DNA of 20,000 bases from an uncultured virus (IMG/VR IMGVR_UViG_2778261060_000013) (Duplodnaviria; Heunggongvirae; Uroviricota; Caudoviricetes). Under the pieces are notes generated by a model. It did no database searches, was not told the DNA's origin, and worked only from the letters and a program-made list of their open reading frames with translations. Where the stretch lies: IMG/VR virus record IMGVR_UViG_2778261060_000013, one strand, 5' to 3'. The translations under genes and the position numbers were made by a program. Positions 8,101 through 14,700 of the stretch are shown here, in pieces. How positions within the stretch are numbered: the stretch's first letter is position 1; every line of letters begins with the position of its first letter.

Positions 8101-8812
8101 ATTTAGAGATGACGACCCGCAAACAGGTAGAGTTTTCGGAAGACAGCAAAAACTAGCAAGCTATCTTGAGTATAGAAGAGCAGAGCAGGCGAGAAGAGAT
8201 GCTGCTGTGCAAAGAGTTAAAGACCAAAAGAGCGCAAGGCTTAGAAAGGCCTACATAGGGGCCGCTATCAACATTGGGGCCGGAGCTATCATGCAGAGGA
8301 TGCAAACTAATGCTATTATAGACAAGGGCGTCTCTGACGCTACTACCGGTGCGGTTCCCATAGGTAGTCCTGCTGGGATTGGTGTTAACTTTAACAATAT
8401 GTCTGCTCGAGGCGGTTCTCCTGCGCTTGTTCAAGGCGGCGAATATATTATGAGCCCACGAACCACTGCTAAATACGGCACAGGGTTCATGGCAGAACTA
8501 AATCGCGGTAGGATGCCCGGATTTAATATGGGCGGTCTAGTTGGCGGTGGCGGAGGCGCGGGAGGCGGTATAACCACAAATAACGTCAACCTTGCAATCA
8601 ATGTTGATAAATCTGGTCAAACGTCTGTGCAGACAGAACAAACATCTGGCGGCGGCAAAGATAAAGAGAGAGAAGACAAGTCTGAAATCGAAAGACAGAA
8701 AAAGATGGGCGAAGCTATCAGAGGTGTTGTTCTGAAAGAAATCGAAAGACAACAAAGACCGGGTGGGCTGTTAAGAGATAATGCCAGTTACTCTGGCGGA
8801 AGAAGAATCTAA
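2135..8812 (+). CDS. Phage tail tape measure protein (TP901-family-like core), 2225 aa, multidomain
   Basis: Ala/Gly-rich helical protein. The region at aa ~90-340 has TMP core motifs (VAVAATELARQG; VVNKMAKVDQAFAVSSDDLAKAISRVGSSA; GGAVIGNAFKTIFTRI; QIAESVAG). It has hydrophobic segments, two GGEY[VI] repeats and a lambda gpH-like end (EIERQQRPGGLL). GTG start. Confidence 0.95.
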   Translation: MATEKLRAELEILTAKAEKDLARVDRSLAGVEKRVASIGGKGGKSLKPLGEGLSAATVNANEFEKSMAAANARVIAFGASAGLILQVQRALKETVRATIEVEKSLTDINVVLNTNTKGLQKFGDSLFKIAGQTGQGFKTVAVAATELARQGLSMEKTLLRTKDALILTRLTGMGAEEAVSSLTAAVNSFNKAGITSAQVVNKMAKVDQAFAVSSDDLAKAISRVGSSAVDAGVSMDELLAITTAVQQRTARGGAVIGNAFKTIFTRIGRTDVQKKLAGIGVATRDMQGQMLPATRVLENLSTKFQELSKSQQNQIAESVAGVFQVNILRAALGDLSSKYGVYNRALKESASATNEAYLKNQQLNQTLDALVNKTLANLTKAGAAIGGATLKPAIENVLGLVNSAIGAFGEGGRFEEFGKGIGKDIMKGIGNFIAGPGLVVVTAGIAKLAFSFAKFAGDALKGFADIGRQAANRKALEAQITAELQRQPNIIRQIERGELSAANAAKDMLAAMKASNLEASKLAVTTSRISASMMGMGALRRPGRAQGFIPNFADPNAERASAAMGGYKAGAIKTMNIPGQGSVMYNSAETVKRFPGMQQPAIMPPQGSRAGSNYQKAFGAAHGFDPYAAGGFVPNFNKMSVKQLFGLDRNAKIRDINVNEQRSKQLEDAAAAGKLRFDDYSDNPAIAAAVTRGKLRAQGAKTEQVGKNYTHNASYLGLLGLEGSHLGTSTTSLGKIARFADAGLDPRLLNRKVTFTNMQANSIDEITKGSTQVNKSKFSDLISEKMTTPVSQIANEIFKKGLGDDHKVAVADLQKQFKGNHQLLPPGAEGSIFEAAVNLGLLTTKKSPKARLDAFDQSTKGAQKPFDFEESGRAKPPFRDIFHFEDNLLYADAKRTIDNKSMGTLIKKAYNQGVPGLPGLELLEGGATVAKGAKKVKAFGHVPNFSPLGDAITRERAAGVPRSAIRVGASASLKSAGNPAGLGVYNTIDEPAGLHQGISRSRRMGVNPKAHGVPNFAKPFIDMPAGYVMPGASPVAESRTRIEGREGPKKINEGGTKIKKAADTMKAATDKLTGAGGLMALSSIGYMAAPALQRATGMDPRIMDTGMMALGGLGAAQMFLGSDAEGDSKRRGARESFSRSRRAAQLRATRAGATAGRGAGVMRGLKAAGASILGLPKGKVTPGGALKGLARRAALPVTAYAATAAYFKGANESEEERNFRLAQEALTKAQESDSRPILEQLGAGVSQFSGGFRTSSSKVRQQQFGDIRNMVYGKGGLMEGADTETSNIVGEAFSEFTNSFTRGALAVESAGEKFNKAIADVADNLSDRMRELENRQLITGIQKDFADPKLESKPIPGFTQVLKRGKFVDAGPDGAPEGARTREFFFEGAANVKRRGKDLAERIMGMAASPDEIFRNILAAEQQHGGTLEQNLQRIDLFDDPTYKKVDRGVFGGLFGADHKAGRANDPNLKAGRFGLAMLGISPKIQDQLNVIDPETLKAAEDELLKMFQKGGRFGPGANRAFRAGGDLKGVSVAGVDTFMERSDAMSASTAIQIEKRRTAMLISDLKISQKTNLLRRQHQDALIASTRGIYAESDIKLREAKLQNKIAHDIEAEDIKSRIEIAKQQQRESAAGIVADAIRKSPSQASDLRGARFDIGGMDILAARDDLIDTQRKLDNPFELSPEQKNLLEVRKKLLALRIKTLGVLETENALTIENAQKLTAANQNADKQNEIDRQIIENKYKYNRVLDMEIKQKELQLQVDKNRFLRTDLLTGRITGQQFASGRARERSMRRDAEGMAGQPMVGFGTIMQERFAYGPRNAAEDFEQGMADVADTIKGGMKDSIKGLISGAEDFKSALRNVMDKLLDKTLDTGLEVVVGNLFGKLGNFAGRAGGGGFGFGGFLNQGGIVRGGSGVKDDVMTFMQGGEYVIKKSAAQKIGYGTLNAINSYSSGGKARVSLAKDFMYTGDDPTRPTGGGFKVSRGLSTRALFRDDDPQTGRVFGRQQKLASYLEYRRAEQARRDAAVQRVKDQKSARLRKAYIGAAINIGAGAIMQRMQTNAIIDKGVSDATTGAVPIGSPAGIGVNFNNMSARGGSPALVQGGEYIMSPRTTAKYGTGFMAELNRGRMPGFNMGGLVGGGGGAGGGITTNNVNLAINVDKSGQTSVQTEQTSGGGKDKEREDKSEIERQKKMGEAIRGVVLKEIERQQRPGGLLRDNASYSGGRRI
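3773..5182 (+). repeat. Four [IV]PNF peptide motifs within the TMP
   Basis: GFIPNF 3773-3790, GFVPNF 4025-4042, GHVPNF 4952-4969, HGVPNF 5165-5182. Confidence 0.9.
4622..4870 (+). other. Putative PD-(D/E)xK nuclease-like domain inside the TMP
   Basis: GSIFEAAV (E at 4634), PFDF (D at 4733) and YADAKRT (D 4808, K 4814) occur in the order typical of the restriction-endonuclease fold. Confidence 0.55.
7838..8545 (+). repeat. Two GG...QGGEY[VI]...K.G.G...[IL]N modules in the TMP C-terminus
   Basis: NQGGIVRGGSGVKDDVMTFMQGGEYVIKKSAAQKIGYGTLNAIN (~7838-7975) and ARGGSPALVQGGEYIMSPRTTAKYGTGFMAELNRG (~8405-8510). Confidence 0.85.
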
Positions 8813-9654
8813 AGTTTAGATTCTAACTCAATAATTCTTTTTTCTAACTCCATGAATTTATCTTCTATAATCATGGCGCCTTCATTATACATTTTGAAGG
8901 CGTTTATTGTCCCTCTTTCTACAATAGGTATTTTCATCTTAGGTGTCTGGTCAATTTTCTGAGCGATACAAATAATCTGACCATCGAAGTCTTTTAAGTT
9001 TTCTTTATCTAAGGTTATTGTGGACCGATAAATTTTTATTTGGCCTTCGGGAATAAACTCAGGAATAGGGTATTCAAAAGATATATAATTAGCACCTTTC
9101 GCAAACGCCGAACTTCTTACATTCTTTTCTATTACTTTAATTTTCTTAGTGTCGGTGAACTCTACGACTATTTTTAAATCCTTGCCGCCAGCTCCCTCTG
9201 GAGATATCTCCCTGTGACCAGATACAAAGAAGTTTTCTACATTGTCTAAAGATACTGAGGTTACTTTACCATCTTCTACTTTTCTAATATTTACATTACA
9301 TTTGCCGCCGTATTCTTCGTGAACAATAACCTGCCCCTCTTCATAGCCACTCCCTCCGTCTGCTATCATTGCGTGCTTCTCTATAGCATACTCTTTTATG
9401 TACATCTCAACAAAGTCTCTGGAGAAAAATTGAGCTTTGTCTAAGTCGGTAATAACAATATACTTTTTGTCATCTTGGGTTATCTGGGAAAAGTTAAACC
9501 AAATTTCTTCTTTTTTAATTTCTCTGATTGAGTAGTATTCATCTTCTATTCTTACAGAAAAGCTTTCATTTATAGTCAGAAAATTTTTATCTGACTGACA
9601 TAATAATTTATTAGATCCCTTGTCTATACTTGCAGAAAAATTAACTAACTTCAT
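8809..9654 (-). CDS. Hypothetical virion/tail-associated protein, 281 aa
   Basis: Last gene of the tail-tip operon. Beta-rich, with a GGSGY...GKVTSVSL...GAGG module and a C-terminal coiled coil (MELEKRIIELESKL). Its TAG overlaps the TMP stop. Confidence 0.75.
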   Translation of the reverse strand: MKLVNFSASIDKGSNKLLCQSDKNFLTINESFSVRIEDEYYSIREIKKEEIWFNFSQITQDDKKYIVITDLDKAQFFSRDFVEMYIKEYAIEKHAMIADGGSGYEEGQVIVHEEYGGKCNVNIRKVEDGKVTSVSLDNVENFFVSGHREISPEGAGGKDLKIVVEFTDTKKIKVIEKNVRSSAFAKGANYISFEYPIPEFIPEGQIKIYRSTITLDKENLKDFDGQIICIAQKIDQTPKMKIPIVERGTINAFKMYNEGAMIIEDKFMELEKRIIELESKL

Positions 9655-9666
9655 ACATTTATCTTA

Positions 9667-11721
9667 TTAATTTAGAGCCATAAAGCCAACAAAAATTCTC
9701 ATAGTCGGAGTTTTTTGGCCAAACTGTGTTGCTCTAGCATTAGTAGAACCTATATTAAGGACAGCTTTTTCTTGAGTAAGCTCTACGATTTTAACCGTAG
9801 CTTCATCATTAGATTCTGAAAAAACTTTAAGTGTTCCGTCTTCTAAAATATAAGGCGTAATTACAGGTATGTAATCTTTAGGCTCTTTAAATGAAAAGGT
9901 AATTTGTTCATTAGGGTATTGTTCTGTGAGAAGATTTTTTTCAACTCTAACATTACTAAGGCTGCCATTAACCACATCTATATAAGAGTAGCATCTGAAA
10001 GCCTGAGATCTAAAACCCTCATCAACAGCAGCTTTTTTATAAATCGTCATAGACGATATTGTTAACTGGTCTTTGTTGAAAGTATTTTTGCCATCTATCT
10101 CTAGACCGTTAAACTGAGATATGGGAGGGGCGACTTTGCTAAAAGATAAATCTTTTTCGCCGAGTATGCTTTCTACTTCTTTTCCGTCGACTGAACCTAT
10201 AATAGGATTACCATCTGCCGTAAAATGTTTCCTAAGATGCAGATTATCAAAAATACCTATGATTATGTTAGAATCTAAAATAGTATTAGTTGAAAAAGCA
10301 TTGGGCGCAGGTATAGAAAGAATTAAATCAGAAGAAGTATCGTTAAAATTTTCTGCAAGTACAAAAGTTCTATTTACATCTACTACAGTATCTTCAACTG
10401 TAACTTTTTGCACAGAACCGTTGCTTAAATTTATTTCTTCTGGATTTAAATTAAACGGCTGGTCTGCATAGTATATAACAACTCCGGCCATAGATTCAAA
10501 AGTTTCGTCTATTATCTCTGCTTCAGATTTAACAGAAGATTTTGTGGCGGTATCAATACTCTTTCTAAAGTCTAATATAATATTACCTTCTTCAGAAAGC
10601 TTAGGTTCAATAATGTATGGGATTGCTCTATCAAAACCTTCTTGCGGACTGACAAAACTTTCTCTGTCGCTATACTCGTTTAGAAAAAATATACTTTCGG
10701 GCTTTACTATTTCGACTTCTAAAATATCATATCCGCCGTTTTCAAAGTTGCCTTCTTTGCCTTCATTAATAGTATTGTCATGTAAGACATTACCAGCGCT
10801 AGTTTTTAAAGTGTCTTTATTATATGCCTCAATTACTAAATCAAACTTTCTAAGTGGCAGCTTTTCTTTTTTAAGTTTATTTGTTACGACGAAACTATTT
10901 TCTTCATCTTTATGATGCGTTTCACCTTCTGCTATATTTTTTATTCCTATCTCTGAATTAAAAAAAGAAGAAAAAATAAACTCTCCCTTGATCAAGTCTT
11001 GGTTGTAAAATTCATAAAGTATGTTAGGACTCGGCTGATTGTTGGGGCTTACTTCTCTTATGGTGGCTCTAGTTAGTCCCTTGAAAGTTAAATTAGAGGC
11101 AGCAGACGGAGGCGCAGACGCTTTGTAGGTAAAAGAGGGGCTGTCTTCATTTCTTATTTTTGCAACACTTGTATTGTCTCCTATCTGTTTACTAGCAGGA
11201 CTTCCGTCTAAACCTTCTGCTTCTCCGTTCAACGTCAATGCGTATATCTTCAACTGTTCCGTAATGTCCACAGCATCAACGTCATCGTCTACTTTAACAC
11301 CGCCTTCGCTGCTTCCTGTGCTGCCCGAGCTATCTGCGTCCACAGCGTCTTGATCTTGTCTCGGCGGGTAGTAAACTGGCCCAAAAAATTTACCATCTAA
11401 TACAGACCAAATAGAAAAGAAATACCTGCCCGTCTTTTCTGCGAAATATGTAAACTTGTAAGTTTGAAAATCTTCTAGTTTTAAGTTCTCGTCATTTGGA
11501 GAAGAGGTAAGAAAATCTCTTCCATCAATAGTAAAAAAAGTTCCCCCTAATCCGTTATCTATATTGTTCTGTTCTGTTTCAGACTTTTGAGATGAAAAAG
11601 TAGTAGAAGAAAAGTCAGTGCCAAACTTGACCAAAAGTATAAACTCATCGTACTCTTTATAATCATACTCGTCATTTTCTCCGTTATACGAGTCCCAGTA
11701 TATGTTTATTTTTTTAGACAT
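9667..11721 (-). CDS. Hypothetical tail-tip-associated protein, 684 aa (beta-sandwich/FN3-like N-terminus)
   Basis: Long acidic ORF 3 nt downstream of and in frame with gpJ. The N-terminus INIYWDS...YKFTY...GRYFFSIWSV looks FN3-like. Ends with tandem TAA TAA. Confidence 0.75.
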   Translation of the reverse strand: MSKKINIYWDSYNGENDEYDYKEYDEFILLVKFGTDFSSTTFSSQKSETEQNNIDNGLGGTFFTIDGRDFLTSSPNDENLKLEDFQTYKFTYFAEKTGRYFFSIWSVLDGKFFGPVYYPPRQDQDAVDADSSGSTGSSEGGVKVDDDVDAVDITEQLKIYALTLNGEAEGLDGSPASKQIGDNTSVAKIRNEDSPSFTYKASAPPSAASNLTFKGLTRATIREVSPNNQPSPNILYEFYNQDLIKGEFIFSSFFNSEIGIKNIAEGETHHKDEENSFVVTNKLKKEKLPLRKFDLVIEAYNKDTLKTSAGNVLHDNTINEGKEGNFENGGYDILEVEIVKPESIFFLNEYSDRESFVSPQEGFDRAIPYIIEPKLSEEGNIILDFRKSIDTATKSSVKSEAEIIDETFESMAGVVIYYADQPFNLNPEEINLSNGSVQKVTVEDTVVDVNRTFVLAENFNDTSSDLILSIPAPNAFSTNTILDSNIIIGIFDNLHLRKHFTADGNPIIGSVDGKEVESILGEKDLSFSKVAPPISQFNGLEIDGKNTFNKDQLTISSMTIYKKAAVDEGFRSQAFRCYSYIDVVNGSLSNVRVEKNLLTEQYPNEQITFSFKEPKDYIPVITPYILEDGTLKVFSESNDEATVKIVELTQEKAVLNIGSTNARATQFGQKTPTMRIFVGFMALN

Positions 11722-11724
11722 GGT

Positions 11725-14700
11725 TTATTGGTCTGAAAATCTTCTTGGTACTATTTTCTCTGTTCCGGTTTCTGGGTCAGAAGGGTTGTCAGATCTGTCA
11801 TCTTCTATATTACCTTCATAAAACAAGCTAGTTGAGGTTGAGGCTATTTGGGTATGTTTAAAGGAAGGAGCTAAATCTATATGCACGTTATAGCTTTTGA
11901 TTGTAGTTCCTTGTAGGTCGACACTATTGTATTCTTTGCAATCATTTACAGCAAGATAGCCATCAACCATTGTTAACCCAGAATCATTTAGGCCGTGGCC
12001 AAAAGTAAACGATGTAGTTAGTTTCGAAGAGTTATCTGAGTTAACATCTATACCTCTGCCTTCTTCAGTTTTATATTTTCTTTTATCATTATCTTCTCTG
12101 GTTTCAAGACCTCTAACGTACAGACACTCTGTTCTGTCGTCTGCAACTACGTTTCCGTCTTGGTCATGAGTAACTTTTATCTTTCCGGGATACTCAACAG
12201 GCATATAGGTAGAAGTAGATATTCCTTTTTCTGTATAGTCATCTACAGTAACAAAGTATTTGTCTATGTAGTCTTTAGGTGTTTTATATAATTTTGGAGC
12301 TATCTTGGAATCTACTCTAGTGTTATCAGCTTCTGGGTGATTAAGTACCACGGCTGGAGACTGATTGCATGTGTTAGCTTCTCCCGGTAACAGTGAAGGT
12401 ATATCGTTCAAGTTAACAGCGAAAGTATATCTATAGCCGTTTTGGTCATGGCAATCTAGCACTTCGCCCGCTGAATCTAAATCAAACTCAGGAGAAACGC
12501 TTACTGTAAACATGGCATATTGACCGGGGTGTATGTAGTCCAAAAGCTCTTTATCACCTTTTTCTAGAATAGAGTTATATTGGGCTTTGTTGCTAAAAGT
12601 AGTTTTTGGAAAGAAGGTAAACTCAAAATCTTCGTTGTAGTTTTCTCCGCAGAAGTTTAATTTAGCAAAGTCTGCATAATTTTTTACTATTTTTTGAGTT
12701 TGTTCAGATTTGTCGACTATTGCATCAATATACTCAAAATTAACGTCCGCAAAAGGTTCATAGCTATCATCGGCATCACATAAGCATCCCTCTTGATAGG
12801 CAAGTTTTCCATTTTCTTGTTGACGATTAGAGCTAAGATTTGAAAAAGAAAAGTCGCGTATATCTTTAGTGGCTTCATCTCTTCTCTCTACAGGAATTAC
12901 GTTTCCGTCGTCATCTCTTAGAAAATCTGGGAAAACATAAAGCGCGTGTTGTATCAAAACTTTGTATTTTTGATTAGGTGGAGCAACCCAGTATACATTG
13001 CCATTTTTTATATTTTCTGAGCTGTAGCTTCCATTAAAAGCATGGCCTATATGGGTATTATCTTTTGGATCATTACATTTGTCTTTTGCTGTAACAGAGT
13101 CGTCCCACTCTATTGTTCTTAAAGACTCTTTAGTTAAGTCTCTCAACCCGTAGGAGGCGGGGAAAACTCTATCAACCACGACATATCCTAGGGACTCAAG
13201 ATACTCTTGGCTATGCTCGCAATAATCATCTACGACATATCTAAGCCTGCTGCCTGCTATAGCGTCAGATTCATTATCGAAAGCTAGTTTTCTATCAACT
13301 AAGTAAAAGTCTCCATACTGATCTGTTTTTTCAGAGTACTCAAAATAAAAGGATTCGCCGCGATTGGCAAAATAAGTTAATGAGTTGTAATAATCCAAAG
13401 CTGCTTGTTGGTTGGCTTCTGTAGACATATTACCAAACACATCTTCGTCGTTTACAGGTTTGATTTTGTAATTGCTAGCAACTTGGTCCTCTAATCCTTG
13501 AGAGGGGCTGAAGTCTCCTAAATTAATATTTAGTTTAAACTTCATTGGGAAGAACCTTTCGTTTGTAAAGTTGACAGGCGTTTCTGGTTTAGGTTCAGTT
13601 ATCTCGGTAGGCTTAACACATATTCCCTCTTCTTGAATATCTTTGCAGCTTCTGTCTTTATAAAACTCCCCTTTAAGCTCATCACATTCACTTCTTTTTA
13701 AGTTATTAAAGCAAGAGTTTGTATCTCCGTTACTAACACAGCACGCCCCTTCATCAGATGGATCATATTCGAAAGGAGGAGGGGTCTTCTTTTCTTCTGT
13801 TTCGTTAGGCTTTTCTACATCGTTTTCATCAACTCTTACGTTTTCAACAGGGCCGCCTATGCTCGAGCCATAATCTACCACAGGCGGTGCAGTAGATTCG
13901 TATACTTCCATATTATGCTCTATAGCTGTAATATCATACTTGCTATCATTCTCAATAATATTTACAACTTTAAAAGTTTGCTGTTCTCCAGAAGCTAGTT
14001 CGTCATTGAGAGTGTAATTTCTATTCCTCGTCTTATCTTTATATCTGGGTTCTATAGACCAAATTAAGTTAGCTCCATCTGGATTAGTATATTCAGAAGA
14101 GTAAGCACCTGTGTTACCAGCGGCCAAGTCTCCTATAACAGAAGAGTTGTTGTACCCAGTAATAGAGTACCCAGTGAAATCAAGCCCGCTTTGATGTAAG
14201 CTGTCAAAAAATATTTTTGTTACTATGCCACTACCGCTGACTGAAAAATCTGAATGATAATTTCCAGTGAAAGGTAAAGCCTGAAAACCACTAAAGTAAA
14301 TATTCTGAACTTGATTTTTTCTTATCTCTGGATAGTCGGCAGAAGTTAAAGCTTCGTCTGTATTGTCTGCGCTAACCGTTATAGTTTCTACGGTAGTGGT
14401 CTTTGTTTCGCTTGCTGTTCTAGTTCTAGTTTCAAAGGTTTTAACTTTTTTAATGTGATTAAATTGAAAAATATCTTGAAATGCAGTAGTGGGTTGAGAT
14501 GGCGTAGTTTCTCTATATTCAACTCTAGAACTAAGGTGTAGCTTGTTTACGTCTGTAGCAGCAGCATAAGCTGTAATAGGATGTATGACTTTTACTACAA
14601 GAGAGGTGACCCCTGCAGGTTTTATAAATTTAAGAGATATTTGTTTTGCACTATTAATTAGCAATAAGTTCTCAGAGCTTTTATTGCTTGACTGATGCAC

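Noticed and set aside
8684..8751. 14-bp direct repeat GAAATCGAAAGACA (8684-8697, 8738-8751)
   Set aside because: Encodes EIERQ twice in a helix; only two copies, with no sign of an att site or array.
2128..8755. Minus-strand ORFs inside the TMP gene
   Set aside because: Antisense shadows of a strongly supported gene, with no recognisable motifs.
9652..9669. In-frame fusion of the 684-aa and 281-aa ORFs
   Set aside because: They are separated by tandem TAA TAA, so read-through is implausible.
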